This document shows, piece after piece, positions 28,886 to 40,132 of a stretch of 64,000 bases of DNA. Both the position numbers and the translations under genes were made by a program. The notes under the pieces are model-generated. The model was not told the origin of the DNA, did no database searches, and was given only the letters and a program-made list of their open reading frames with translations. This DNA comes from an uncultured Methanomassiliicoccales archaeon (GTDB lineage Archaea > Thermoplasmatota > Thermoplasmata > Methanomassiliicoccales > UBA472). Where the stretch lies: contig OY968769.1 in assembly GCA_963695345.1 (NCBI GenBank), positions 672,001-736,000 of the forward strand. The letters are read 5' to 3'. Each line of letters begins with the position of its first letter. The first letter of the stretch is position 1.

Positions 28886-31726
28886 CTAAACTGTTCTAAT
28901 TCCAGTATGGGGTGCCTCAATGATGAAGTGGGCGCCTTTCCCTGGTTCCCCTCCCTCCCTTATCCCGATGTTCGTCATGGATAAGATCTCGTGACAGAGG
29001 AACAGTCCGAGCCCATGTGCCCTATCGTAGCTCTTCATGAACAATTGTTCCTTTAGGTTCGATGGAATGCCGACACCGTCATCCGTCATTTCAACGGAAA
29101 TGACCCCATCTCTTTCCTGGATGTAGAAGCGTATGGTGGCCACCTTGCCTCCGTGCCGCATCGAATTATCCATAAGGTTCAGGAACACCTTTTCGATCAT
29201 GGGATCGGCGAACAGTTCAGTCCCGGCCGGGACTTCGTTCAGCAATCTAACGTCTTTCAGATTGAGCTCTTCAGCGCACCGATCGATCAATCCCCTTATG
29301 TCGTGCCAGATCGGAGAAAGGACACCTATCTCCTCGTAGGCCTTGGTAAATTCCACCATCGATGAGATCCGTTCCGCGGCAGCCTCCGCCCTCTCCAGAT
29401 TCTCCTGGTTTGAGGGACATATCGAGTCCTCCATGAGCAACAGGTGGCCTCTCAAGGTCATCAATTGGTTCCTGATGTCGTGCCTGGTGATGCTGTTCAT
29501 CACCCTCAGCTTATTGTTCGCCTCGCTCAACCTCTGCTCAAGGCGGTTGCGCACAGTCAAGTTCCTGCCTATAAAGACCAATCCGGTCGGCCTTCCTTCG
29601 GGGTCCCGCAACACATCCCCGTTTGCCTCGAACGGGACCGATTGACCGTTCTTCATGACCAGATGGTATGTGGCAACGGGTGCTGCTCCGCCCATGATCA
29701 TTGATTGGAAGTTGATTGCCGCTTTGTTACGGTCCTCAATGGCGATGAACGAGAATATGGATTGCCCGACGACTTCCTCATTCCCATAGCCACTTTCTCT
29801 CAGTGTCGGTTTGTTTACCAGAACAATTGTTCCCTTCAGGTCCGTCAAGATAACGAAATCTGGTACTGTCGACAGAAGCTTGGAGTGCAGCTCCTCGCTT
29901 CTTTTGAGCGACTCTTCGACCTCTATGTTCCTCTCCTTTGTCCGGAGACTGATGACGCCAACCGAGAGATCTCCTGCCAACTCCTCCAGCAGTTCCACCT
30001 CCTCAGCGCTGAAAACCTCAAGCTGGTCGGTGTACATCATTAGTGCTCCGAACGCCTTCCCCGAGTCGAGCAGGGGAATGGCGATCAATGAACGGTAGCC
30101 GTTCTTCTTGGCGAATTCCTTCCAAGGACCAGTCCGTCCATCGTTCGTGAGGTCATTGATGAATACGGTCTGTCCAGTTCTGATCGCAATTCCGATTGGG
30201 CAGAATGTTCGCCCATCTTCGGCCCATGTGACGTTCGTTTGTGTTATATAACCCTCATCATGACCGCTCCATGCCACCGGACGGACGGTCCTGTTCTCGT
30301 CCTGCTCGGCCATGCCTATCCAGGCAATACGGTAACCGGCCACATCGCAGGCGATACGACAGACCTCGTCCAGAAGTTCCTGTTCGGTGAGTGCCTTGAC
30401 CAACACCCGATCGCATTCCTTGATGGCTAGAAGCTCCCGGTTCAGCCTTCTCGTTCTGGTCTCAAGGGATTTGAGCTCCGAAATGTCAGTACCGACACCC
30501 ATCAGATAAGTGCGTTCCTTTGTATTGAATCGCTTTCCGGTAAGCAGAAAGGACATCTCCCTGCCGTCTTTCATAACCAATGGAGCTTCGATGCTCGCTT
30601 GTCCGCTCTCCATGCAAGCATCGATGGCTGTCAGGACAGTATTGGCGTCCTCTTTCCGGAACCAATCGAGGGCATGCCTGCTAAGCATCTCCTCATCGGA
30701 ATATCCGCTAATTTCCTGATGATTCCTGTTCCATCGCACCAGGCGCAGGGTTTGAATGTCATACAGATAGAAGATGCCAGGAAGGCTTTCGGAAAGGGAT
30801 TCCGTGAATGCGGTCGCCTTCTTTAATTCTTCACTCCCCTGAAGGATGGCGTTCAACTGTGAACGCATCTCCCCCTCAGCCGCCACCAGCTGCTCATTGA
30901 TCGACTGGAGCTCTTCACTGTTTCTTCTTTTCAATTCCTCATTGACTCGACGTTCTGTTATGTCGCGGATGACGAATATCATCCTCTTTGGATTTCCGTC
31001 GACTCCCCTGACGAGGTCAGCGTTCACCTCTATCTCGAGTTCGCTCCCATCGTACCGCGACACCTTGTATTCTTCTGGCCCCTTGAATATCCCTTGTAAC
31101 ATCCCGCCGACGTTGGCCATTGCGCGTCCTCTGTCTCCCGGGAACAGGAACTCGAATATGATCCGGCCCACTAGCATTTCTTCGCTTGTATGCCTGAACA
31201 TCGAGATCATCCTTGGAGAGACCAGTTCGATTTGTCCCCCAAGGTCCGTGATAACGATGCCATCGGGGGAAGCGGACAGGATCGAACGGTATTTCATCTC
31301 ACTGTCACCCAGCGCTTCCTCTGCCCGGTTGCGGCGAACAAGCTCCTTCACCTTGTGATGCAGCAGACGGAATTGGGCTACGACATCCACGCCCTTCTGG
31401 AGGTATGCGTCGGCTCCGTTGTTCAAAGCCTCAATGACAACTTCTTCCCTGCCGCGACCGGTGAAAAGAATGAAGGGCGTCCTGTCTCCGCCCCCCCGTA
31501 ACGATTTTAGGAATTGAATGCCATCCTCGCCAGGCATCTGGTAGTCAGAAATGATGGCGTCGATATGTTCTTCGGCCAACCTTGTCCTGGCTTCTGCCAC
31601 GCTGTTGACACATTCGACCGTTTGCTCGCCCGAACTCTCCAAGAACTCTTTAGTCAGTTCCAAAAGTGCCGGTTCGTCATCGACCATTAGGATTCGGGCA
31701 TGGGTTGATGGCATTGAGTGCAACAA
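28886..31726 (-). CDS. Hybrid sensor histidine kinase REC-PAS-PAS-GAF-PAS-HisKA-HATPase
   Basis: VDDE/SDYQMP receiver; DITE PAS ends; ITRHDIRNQL H-box; NSMRHG, DDGVG, GLGL. Confidence 0.92.
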   Translation of the reverse strand: MLHSMPSTHARILMVDDEPALLELTKEFLESSGEQTVECVNSVAEARTRLAEEHIDAIISDYQMPGEDGIQFLKSLRGGGDRTPFILFTGRGREEVVIEALNNGADAYLQKGVDVVAQFRLLHHKVKELVRRNRAEEALGDSEMKYRSILSASPDGIVITDLGGQIELVSPRMISMFRHTSEEMLVGRIIFEFLFPGDRGRAMANVGGMLQGIFKGPEEYKVSRYDGSELEIEVNADLVRGVDGNPKRMIFVIRDITERRVNEELKRRNSEELQSINEQLVAAEGEMRSQLNAILQGSEELKKATAFTESLSESLPGIFYLYDIQTLRLVRWNRNHQEISGYSDEEMLSRHALDWFRKEDANTVLTAIDACMESGQASIEAPLVMKDGREMSFLLTGKRFNTKERTYLMGVGTDISELKSLETRTRRLNRELLAIKECDRVLVKALTEQELLDEVCRIACDVAGYRIAWIGMAEQDENRTVRPVAWSGHDEGYITQTNVTWAEDGRTFCPIGIAIRTGQTVFINDLTNDGRTGPWKEFAKKNGYRSLIAIPLLDSGKAFGALMMYTDQLEVFSAEEVELLEELAGDLSVGVISLRTKERNIEVEESLKRSEELHSKLLSTVPDFVILTDLKGTIVLVNKPTLRESGYGNEEVVGQSIFSFIAIEDRNKAAINFQSMIMGGAAPVATYHLVMKNGQSVPFEANGDVLRDPEGRPTGLVFIGRNLTVRNRLEQRLSEANNKLRVMNSITRHDIRNQLMTLRGHLLLMEDSICPSNQENLERAEAAAERISSMVEFTKAYEEIGVLSPIWHDIRGLIDRCAEELNLKDVRLLNEVPAGTELFADPMIEKVFLNLMDNSMRHGGKVATIRFYIQERDGVISVEMTDDGVGIPSNLKEQLFMKSYDRAHGLGLFLCHEILSMTNIGIREGGEPGKGAHFIIEAPHTGIRTV

Positions 31727-32716
31727 TCAAACAATTGTCCAATATTAAAAACCAACTCAGTGAAATTCAATCTCGCGACCTTCCTTTGACCTATGAGGAA
31801 TTCGCACATCACAATGGACCAGACGTCCCGGGATGAATGCCAACATCGCCCATGCACATGCAATCGGACAGTTGGTAGAAGCGATAAATGCCGATGGTTT
31901 CTTGAGGGGCGTCGGCAGTTCCTGACATTTTCATTCTTCCGAAGCAATGTTCTTGACAAATATAATAACCAATAAAATCCGCGACGCAGAGTACTTCATC
32001 ATGCTTCATCAATAGTGACGGCAATCGGGTTGCTCTTTGCTGCCTTAGAAATTCGGTCGTCGTCACGAACCGCCTCGACGATCTTGACGGTGGTGCGGGC
32101 CTTATATTAGATCTGGGTAGAAGCGACCGGCGCTCATGGATCATTGTTGTGAGGAAATCTGTTGGAGATTCGCGAGACCGGCCGCCATAACTAAAAGGTG
32201 ACTGATAAGATATCATTTGTCCGGTCTGATTATCATACCGTCACACTCAGCTGCTCCCTTCTAATTCACCTTGAGAACGATCGGAATGGTCCTGAAAATG
32301 ATGACGAAGACGGGAGGTAAAGGGACGTGTGGAATATCCGATTGTTGAGTGAGAATGGAACGATGCCCCTTTCCAGAGATGGTTCTCTCTAGCATGATGC
32401 GAGCCGAGATGCTGCACAGGAGGAGATTACGAAGCTGGACCATCGATTGTGGGTGATGCTATTGATGTCTGTGACAAGAGAACAAAGATACCGCGTTCCG
32501 GGTGTGAATCGGATCAGCCAGGAAAGAATAAGTGGAAGCAAGGGATCACCTCGGTCGATGATTCTACTGCACTTTCCCTGATGCGCCCATCCAGTCGAAA
32601 CGCACACCAATAATCATATAATGGTGTCCGGTATTGAAGCGTCTCGCGCAGAGAAGGAACATGTTCATTTCCGAAGTTTCACTAGTATCCTATCTGAAAA
32701 ACCGACCCAGGGGTGA

Positions 32717-33835
32717 GTGCTAATGCCGACCATCGAGGATTCCATCAAAGAGGTGGAGGCAGAGATTGCCAAGACCCAGGTCAACAAGCACACCGAGTAT
32801 CACATCGGAAAGCTGAAGGCGAAGATCGCCAGGCTCAAGGACGAGCAGGAGAAGAGGCGCTCCACCGGCGGAGGCGGCGGCAAAGGATACTCGGTCAAGA
32901 AATCAGGGAACGCCACGGTGGCATTGGTAGGTTTCCCGTCGGTCGGTAAGTCCACCCTCCTGAACCGGCTTACCGGCGCGGAGAGCGAGGTCGGCGCATA
33001 CGATTTCACCACCATCGATGTCGTACCTGGCATCATGGAGTACAATAGCGCCAAGATCCAGATACTGGACCTTCCGGGACTGATCAGGGACGCTTCCAAG
33101 GGAAAGGGCAGGGGGCGGGAGGTGCTGTCCGTCGTCCGTTCGGCGGACCTTATCCTCTTTGTCCTGGACACCTTCGACACCAACCTTCACGTGCTGATAA
33201 GGGAGCTGGAAACGGCAGGCATACGCATCAACACCCATCCCGCCGATGTCGTCATCACCCGTACCGAATTCGGGGGCATCGAGATCAAGCCGACGGTCAC
33301 CCTGACCAAGATAGACGTGGAACTGGCTTCCGCCGTGGTCTCGGAATACGGGTTCGTGAACGCGGAAGTGGTCATCCGGGAGGACGTGAACGTAGACCAG
33401 CTGATCGATGTCCTGACCGGCAACCGGGTCTACTCCAAAGGCATCCTGGCCATCAACAAGATAGACCTGACCGACAAGACCCACGTGGACGCGGTCATGG
33501 ATCAGTTCAAGAGCTGGAGGCCGGTGCCGATATCCGCCCAGGGCAAGATCGGCATAGAAGAGCTGAAGGCACGCATCTTCGAATCGATCGACCTGATACG
33601 GATCTACCTGAAGAAGCAGGGCCAGGAAGCGGACATGAAAGAGCCGCTCATCATCCGCCGGGGCGCCTCCATTGGTGAGGTCTGCGATTCGTTGCACCGG
33701 ATATTCCGACAGAACTTCCGCTATGCCCTGGTGTGGGGGAAGAGCGCCAAGTTCCCCGGGCAGATGGTCGGGCTCGACCACATATTGCAGGACCAGGACA
33801 TCCTCTACATCGTGATCAAGAGGACCGGCGAGTAG
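32717..33835 (+). CDS. DRG/Rbg-family (OBG) GTPase with TGS domain
   Basis: GFPSVGKS, YDFTT, DLPG, NKID, TGS domain. Confidence 0.95.
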   Translation: MLMPTIEDSIKEVEAEIAKTQVNKHTEYHIGKLKAKIARLKDEQEKRRSTGGGGGKGYSVKKSGNATVALVGFPSVGKSTLLNRLTGAESEVGAYDFTTIDVVPGIMEYNSAKIQILDLPGLIRDASKGKGRGREVLSVVRSADLILFVLDTFDTNLHVLIRELETAGIRINTHPADVVITRTEFGGIEIKPTVTLTKIDVELASAVVSEYGFVNAEVVIREDVNVDQLIDVLTGNRVYSKGILAINKIDLTDKTHVDAVMDQFKSWRPVPISAQGKIGIEELKARIFESIDLIRIYLKKQGQEADMKEPLIIRRGASIGEVCDSLHRIFRQNFRYALVWGKSAKFPGQMVGLDHILQDQDILYIVIKRTGE

Positions 33836-33875
33836 TGGACACCAAAATAATATCTGCAAGTCCATTCCCTTCGTC

Positions 33876-34880
33876 GTGAACATGGATGGACCTGATGAAG
33901 CCGAGATAGCATACTGGAAATGGATGCTTCTCAAATTGGAGAAGGAAAGGAGGAAAGTGTCGACACCGGCCTTCACCATCACCCTATTACTGCTCCTGAA
34001 CCTGCTAGCTGTTGTCATGACCGACCAGTACGCGATCCTCTGGATATTGTCAAGTCTTCTGTTCTGCGTATTCTCCATCCTGTTCCTGGTCATGCCCACG
34101 ACAAAACGCTCTGCGATCCAAGAACCGAAAGAAGGCAAATTGAATCTTGACCGGGCGAACGTGATGGAGAACAAGGAACTGCTAGGCCTGGCGCTGTGGA
34201 ATGGCTTCTTCATCAACTCGCAACCGATGGCCAGGGGCATCATCGCCATATTCTCGTTCGACATCCTGCTGATAATATCGCTCGGGGTCGTCGGCCAGGT
34301 CCTCACCTTGGAGGTGACCGGCCTGCTTCTGCTGCAGTCGATGGGGATGATCGTGTTCTACGTCGGCATCATAAAGATAAGACCCTACGACAAGCAATTC
34401 CTGGAGGAGGTACAGTCGATCGGAAGATCGGTCAGAGATTTCCTTAAGGGCAGGCCGGTCAGGAGGTTCAAGGGCGTCTTCTTCACCCTGCTGGTCCTGT
34501 CCGTTTTCGTCCTTTCGCTGATAACGGCCATGCTCTTGCCCGGATCTTCCATAAAGTTGCTTAGAGGGGATTCGAACGTCGACCTGGTGAAAGGGGCGAT
34601 CCCGCTGGCCCTAATATTCATATCCCAATTCCTCCTGGTGAGGCAGACCCAGGGAATATCGAGCCGAAGGATGGCGGATGATCTGCTAAGAAGGAAACTG
34701 GCTTTGCTGGAAACCCGGACCGCCCCCGAGGGGACGGGTGTGAATGGGCTCGAAGGGCAGATGCCGAGGTACTTCAAGGTCATAAGGCACGATATCTTCG
34801 GACACCTGCCGGTCTATCTGATGAACCCCGATCTTGCGGCAATACTCGGAGAACAGGTCGGTCCGGAAAATGTGTTTTAG
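33876..34880 (+). CDS. Multi-pass membrane protein of unknown function
   Basis: ~6 TM segments, FFINSQP motif. Confidence 0.7.
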   Translation: MNMDGPDEAEIAYWKWMLLKLEKERRKVSTPAFTITLLLLLNLLAVVMTDQYAILWILSSLLFCVFSILFLVMPTTKRSAIQEPKEGKLNLDRANVMENKELLGLALWNGFFINSQPMARGIIAIFSFDILLIISLGVVGQVLTLEVTGLLLLQSMGMIVFYVGIIKIRPYDKQFLEEVQSIGRSVRDFLKGRPVRRFKGVFFTLLVLSVFVLSLITAMLLPGSSIKLLRGDSNVDLVKGAIPLALIFISQFLLVRQTQGISSRRMADDLLRRKLALLETRTAPEGTGVNGLEGQMPRYFKVIRHDIFGHLPVYLMNPDLAAILGEQVGPENVF

Positions 34881-35038
34881 ACCCTTACCGAGGATGACGG
34901 AACCTCGAACGCTCCCGTGGTGGACGATGGATAGGAACGGTCATTTTTCAGTGGAGAACCTACTAATATCGAATGCTGGGAAGTTATTCTCGGGAACTGT
35001 GCTGCCAGTGGAAGCAGTGTATTCCCGAGGTGGAGCAT

Positions 35039-35497
35039 ATGTCAATCGCGGATTCGATCAAGTCCGATCATGATGAGTTCAGAGGCGAGATCGCGACATT
35101 GCAGAAGACCTCGACCGCTGATTTCGAGGAAAGGAGGAGTACGTTCTCCGACCTGAAACGAAAGGTGTCAGCCCATTTCTTGGCGGAGGAGGACACCGTG
35201 ATAAAGGAGATGGGCAAATTGACGGAACTGAGACCTTTGGCGCTGGAACTGTTGGAGGAGCACCAGGCTATCCGCGACCTCCTCGATATCCTTTGGGCGA
35301 CAAATTGCGATGATGAGGTCTGGCTTCCGAGATTGACCCCCATAGCGGAGCTGTTGGCGATCCATATGGGAAAGGAGGAGAACGTGGTTATACCGGCCGC
35401 TCCGAAATATTTCACCGATGCCCAGCTCGAGGCATTGGGGAAGGTGTTTGAAAAGGTGGAGGCGAAAGAGATGGGACAGATTTGGATCCAGGCTTAG
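35039..35497 (+). CDS. Hemerythrin/HHE cation-binding domain protein
   Basis: DH..HFLAEE..EEH..HMGKEE pattern; GGAG SD. Confidence 0.85.
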   Translation: MSIADSIKSDHDEFRGEIATLQKTSTADFEERRSTFSDLKRKVSAHFLAEEDTVIKEMGKLTELRPLALELLEEHQAIRDLLDILWATNCDDEVWLPRLTPIAELLAIHMGKEENVVIPAAPKYFTDAQLEALGKVFEKVEAKEMGQIWIQA

Positions 35498-35825
35498 AGG
35501 GAGGGCAATGAGGAAGAAGCGGTCAGGCCCTGAAATGGAAGGTCACGGAACTGGACATCCACTTTTCATCTGCCAGGATCGGCAATGCTATGGTCCGATG
35601 ATGACCCGGGTCTATGAGGATGTTCCACAGCCGCCGGATGACCGGCGGGAGTTCGAGGACCTGAGGGAGGACATACCGGTCAAGAAGAAGGTCCCAGCGG
35701 ACGGTATCGAGCGCTATTAGATCGGGTTGGCATCGAGTCCGTGCCGCTGATACGACCGTGCCTTTTCCGGGACAGTAATTATTTGGTCTTGACCATCCCT
35801 TTCGGGAGCACAAGGAGTTACGTTC

Positions 35826-37605
35826 ATGAACGACGTCAAATGGGACCTGTCTCAGCTGGTCAAGAGCACAGACCGATCGGAGATCGTCAAGGAACTTGAT
35901 GCATTGGTCGAGGAAGCGGGAAAGAGGGCCACGGAGTACCGGGGGAAGATCAGGACCTTGGACGCAGAGGGCCTCAAGGCCCTTTTCGAGGAGAGGGAGG
36001 AGATGCAGCTGCGGTACGAGGGGGCCATCATGTACAGCCGCCTCCGGTATTCGGCGGACACCACCGACGCCGTCTCCAAACAGCTGAACGACGCCGTCAG
36101 CAAGGCCGGCACCAAGGTGGGCCAGCAGCTGGCATTCGTGGACATAGAGCTGAGCTACCTCCTGAAGGATAGGCCGGAACTGGTGAAGGACCCGGTCCTG
36201 GCTGAGTTCAGGCATGCGCTGGAACGGACCCTGAGGGCGGCCCCGCACCTCCTTTCCGAGGAGGAGGAGAAGATAATCATGTCCAAGGACCAGAACGGGG
36301 CCCACTCCTGGTCCCAACTGCAGAGGGAATGGCTCAGCACCAGGACGTTCCCGATCGAGGTGGAAGGGAAGAGGAAGAAGCTTCCCTATGGACAGGTCAT
36401 CGGGCTTTACGGGTCGCCGGACCGGAAGCTGAGAAGGGATGCCAACCGGATAGTTTACGGAAAGCTCGGCAAGGACGAGATCGTCTGGTCCACCGCCCTG
36501 CGCTCGATCTGCGATGACCACCTGCAGAACTGCGACATGAGGAAGTATCCCACGCCGGAGACGTCCAGCCTGATCTACAACGACGTGGAGCAAGGGGCCA
36601 TAGATGCCCTGATGGCCACCATGAAGGACAACGTCGGGGTTTACCGGAAGTACCTGAAGCTCAAGGCCGAGATGATGGACCTGGACCGTCTGGGCAACTG
36701 GGACATCATGGCCCCGTTGCCCAAGGCGCCCAAGATGACCTTCACCTGGGACCAGGCGCACGAGACGGTGGTAAAGGCATACGGCGGGTTCGACCCCCAG
36801 CTGGGAGAATGGTCGGAGGAGATGTACCAGAGGCAGCACATCGATGCCGCGATACGCCCAGGCAAGGTCAGCGGCGCGTTCTGTTCGGACTGGTACGGCG
36901 GGAGGTCGGCCTATGTCCTGCAGAGCTTCAACGGCCGATTGGACGACGTATACACGCAGGCGCATGAGATGGGGCATTCCATGCATGCCTACCTCACCTC
37001 GAGGTCGCAGCGCGCCACCAACACCGCCATCAGTTATTGCATAGCGGAGTGCGGATCGATCTTCGGCGAGCTGTTGCTGACCGATCACCTGATCGGCAAC
37101 GCCAAGGACATCGAAAGAAAAGCAGGCCGTGCTCACCCAGGTCATGGACGGGTTCGGACAGGCGGCGTTCCAGGTGAGCGCCCGTTACTTCTTCGAGAAG
37201 AGCCTGTACCAGGCGATCCGGGACGGCAGGTATCTGGACGGGGAGACGATCTCGTCACTATGGGTCAAGGCGCGGGACGATGTGTACGGAGATTCGGTGG
37301 AATGGCTCCCGGAGATGAAATGGGAGTGGACGATGAAGATGCACTACTACATCCCGGAGCTCCGCTTCTACAACTATCCCTACGTGTTCGCTCAGCTGTT
37401 CGTGTTCTCCATGTACCGCCTGTACCAGGAACAGGGAAAAGCGTTCGTTCCCAAGTTCAAGGGACTGCTAGCGGCCGGATCCAGCCGCTCCGCGGCGGAA
37501 CTGGCATCGGGGCTCGGTTTCGATATCGGGAGGGAAGGGTCGTGGCAGAAGGGGATAACCCAGGCTGAGACATTCATCGAAGAGTTGGAAGGAACCTTGA
37601 AATAG
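35826..37605 (+). CDS. pepF: M3 oligoendopeptidase F, apparent frameshift near 37120
   Basis: WDLS, GKVSGAFC, HEMGH, AECGS; HYY..FYNYPY in the second frame. Confidence 0.92.
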
Positions 37606-37827
37606 GTCGGACCGGTGATGAAAGAAATACCGCCGGAGCGATCCGGCAATGAAACCATTTATCGAGGAATAAGGGGCGGTTCTCGGCAATTGCCGAAAAG
37701 CCAGTGAACCTTCCCCTTTTCTTTTCGCCCTTCATTAAAATCAATTTAAATAGTAGTACATTATTGGTGTAATTATCCCAAGAGTCGTTTCACGGTTTTT
37801 GAGATATAAACAAACAAGGTAGTAAAA

Positions 37828-38010
37828 ATGTACGGTGGTAACAGAGGCAACAGCTATGGACGCCCAAGGAATGACGGACCGCGCGAGATGCACAACGTGA
37901 AGTGCAGCGACTGCGGAGCCGAGACCCAAGTCCCGTTCAAACCGACCGAGGGAAGGCCGGTTTACTGCAGGGACTGCTTCCAGAAGCACAAGCCAAAGGA
38001 CAGGTTCTAA
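37828..38010 (+). CDS. CxxC-x17-CxxC zinc-ribbon protein
   Basis: REMHNVKCSDCG..VPFKP..RPVYCRDC. Confidence 0.9.
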   Translation: MYGGNRGNSYGRPRNDGPREMHNVKCSDCGAETQVPFKPTEGRPVYCRDCFQKHKPKDRF

Positions 38011-38060
38011 ACCTGTTCTAAAAATATTTCAAAAACCATTATCAAAAAAGGCAAATCAGT

Positions 38061-38100
38061 CTGCCCAGTCCTCGCAAGGGGGCAGGGTTCTTTTTCTTAT
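38061..38100 (+). terminator. Hairpin plus T-tract after the CxxC-x17-CxxC gene
   Basis: CTGCCC..GGGCAG followed by TTCTTTTTCTT. Confidence 0.5.
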
Positions 38101-38209
38101 TAAATTCTCATATCACTGGTAAGTCCTTCGACTTTCAGTTTGCATCTTCGTTCTTGAAGGTTAATCTCTAATAGCCGCCGTTGCCAATCGAGACGCAGGA
38201 GTGTGCATT

Positions 38210-38928
38210 ATGGCAGATTACAAGGTGGCGGTGGTGACCGGCGCCACGGGCTCTCTCGGTTCTTCCGTCACCAAGGAGCTGCTCGGTCATGGGTATCCAT
38301 GTCATCGTAACGTACCGGACCAAGGAGTCTTTGGCCTCCCTCCGCGGTGATCTCGGGACCCATGGCGGCCCAACTGGAGTCCCGGAAGGCGGATGTGACG
38401 GACGAGAAGGACGTGGCCGACCTCTTCGATGGCATCAGACAAGACCATGGCCGGGTGGATATCCTGGTGAACATCGTGGGAACGTACCGGGGCGGGAAAG
38501 AGATATGGGAGACCTCGGTGAAGGAATGGGACATCATGATGAATGTCAATCTTCTGTCGGCGTTCCTCTGCTGCCGTGCCGCCCTGCCGATGATGATCGA
38601 GCACAATTACGGGAAGATAATAAACATCGCCGCCCGCCCGGCCCTGGAGAGGCGGAACCGCGTCAAATCGGGGGCCTACGCTGTCGCGAAGGCTGGAGTA
38701 TTGGTATTGACCGAGACCATCGCTGAGGAGGTCAAGAAATTAGACATCAACGTGAACGCGGTCCTGCCCAGCACCATGGATACTCCAGACAACCGCCGGG
38801 ACATGCCACAGGCGGATTTCTCCAAATGGGTCCCGCCGGCCGAGGTCGCCGCGGTCATCATGGGACTGGTCTCTGATTACATGAGGCCGGTCAGCGGTTC
38901 GGCGGTCACCGTGTACGGAAAGGCATAG
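38210..38928 (+). CDS. Short-chain dehydrogenase/reductase, two apparent frameshifts (~38287, ~38358)
   Basis: TGATGSLG from ATG 38210; ADVTD, YAVAK, VLPSTMDT in downstream frames. Confidence 0.82.
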
Positions 38929-38977
38929 GCAGGATGGCGCACACCATCATGGCCTATGCCTTGGCCGGCGAGCTTCC

Positions 38978-40132
38978 TCACTTCCTCCATTCCTGGCCGG
39001 CCGCCTGCTTTTCCATGGCTCTCCGCTGACGGCGCTGCTGTCTCAGGAGGGCGTCGTCCACCGGCCTGAACCCGTTCTGCTTCCAGTCCTTCCGATAGAT
39101 GAAAGCCTCCACCGCCCAGTAGATGCCCCACAGCGCCGCCGCGATGATGAACAGCCAGAGCAGAGGCTCGAAGTTGAGGTTGAGATGTATGTCGGTGTTC
39201 ATGACGTCCATGGAAACGGAGATGTGACCGCCGAGCGCGGCGATGAATATCCATGCGCAGATCAATCCCACGACGACCAGGGCAAAGGCGAGCCGGGAGA
39301 CAGAACCCTTGGGATAGAAGCCTTTGAAGAAGGACAGCGCGGCGATGGGCAAACCGATGAACAGCAGCAGGTTGGCGAGCCGGTCCAAGGTGGCCGAGCC
39401 CAGCCCCAGCAAGCCATCGGTATTGCCGCCCCCCATGCCGTTGGCGAGCCCCTGCAGCATGCCCTGGGAAGATTGGATCACGGCGCCCAGCACTATTATG
39501 AAGAGGAGCGGGATGATCACAAACTTCAGCAAGGCCTTGTTCGCCTCGGCCATTCCGGGCAAGAATCTCCCATAGCGGGGCCGGAAGTCCTGCCAGAGCC
39601 GGTGGTTCTGGGGATCCTCGACCAGGGCGGGCTTGGGCCAGGTTACACCCGGGTAGGCACGTGCCAGCCACTCCAGGAACGGTCTGCGGAAATCAATGAA
39701 CTCCGCCAGCTTGTAGAGCGATTTGAAGACGATGAACAGGGTGAGCAGCCAAAGCACCAGATCGAGCTTGAACGGGAAACCGGCAGCGTTGAAGGCCGGA
39801 CCCATCCTTCCGCCCAGGTCGAAGGCCCACACCATCAGCGCATAGAATGGGATCATCGCCAGATCGAAGGTGAGGCGGGAGACCGAACCCCGGGGATAGA
39901 ATCCTTTCAGACCGGCCAACACGGTCAGCGCCGCGCCGAAGAGCAGGATGAAGGTCCGATAGTCGGCAATGAGCTGGGCCAGATACTTCACCGATGCGGA
40001 ATTGAAGGCGTTGAGCATCGACCCGAGGACCAGGAAGATGAGGAATGGCACGATGATGTACTGGACCAATCCCAGCACCGCCCCCCAGATGGCCCTGGAC
40101 AGGGATCCCAGTTCCAGCTTGAACTCGTTCAT
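38978..40132 (-). CDS. Internally duplicated multi-pass membrane protein
   Basis: Two halves each with I(I/V)P..KGFYP(R/K)GSVSRL; ~8 TM. Confidence 0.78.
   Translation of the reverse strand: MNEFKLELGSLSRAIWGAVLGLVQYIIVPFLIFLVLGSMLNAFNSASVKYLAQLIADYRTFILLFGAALTVLAGLKGFYPRGSVSRLTFDLAMIPFYALMVWAFDLGGRMGPAFNAAGFPFKLDLVLWLLTLFIVFKSLYKLAEFIDFRRPFLEWLARAYPGVTWPKPALVEDPQNHRLWQDFRPRYGRFLPGMAEANKALLKFVIIPLLFIIVLGAVIQSSQGMLQGLANGMGGGNTDGLLGLGSATLDRLANLLLFIGLPIAALSFFKGFYPKGSVSRLAFALVVVGLICAWIFIAALGGHISVSMDVMNTDIHLNLNFEPLLWLFIIAAALWGIYWAVEAFIYRKDWKQNGFRPVDDALLRQQRRQRRAMEKQAAGQEWRK

Noticed and set aside
35598-35720. 40-aa ORF MMTRVYEDVPQ after the hemerythrin gene
   Set aside because: No motif or clear SD; it cannot be supported from sequence alone.
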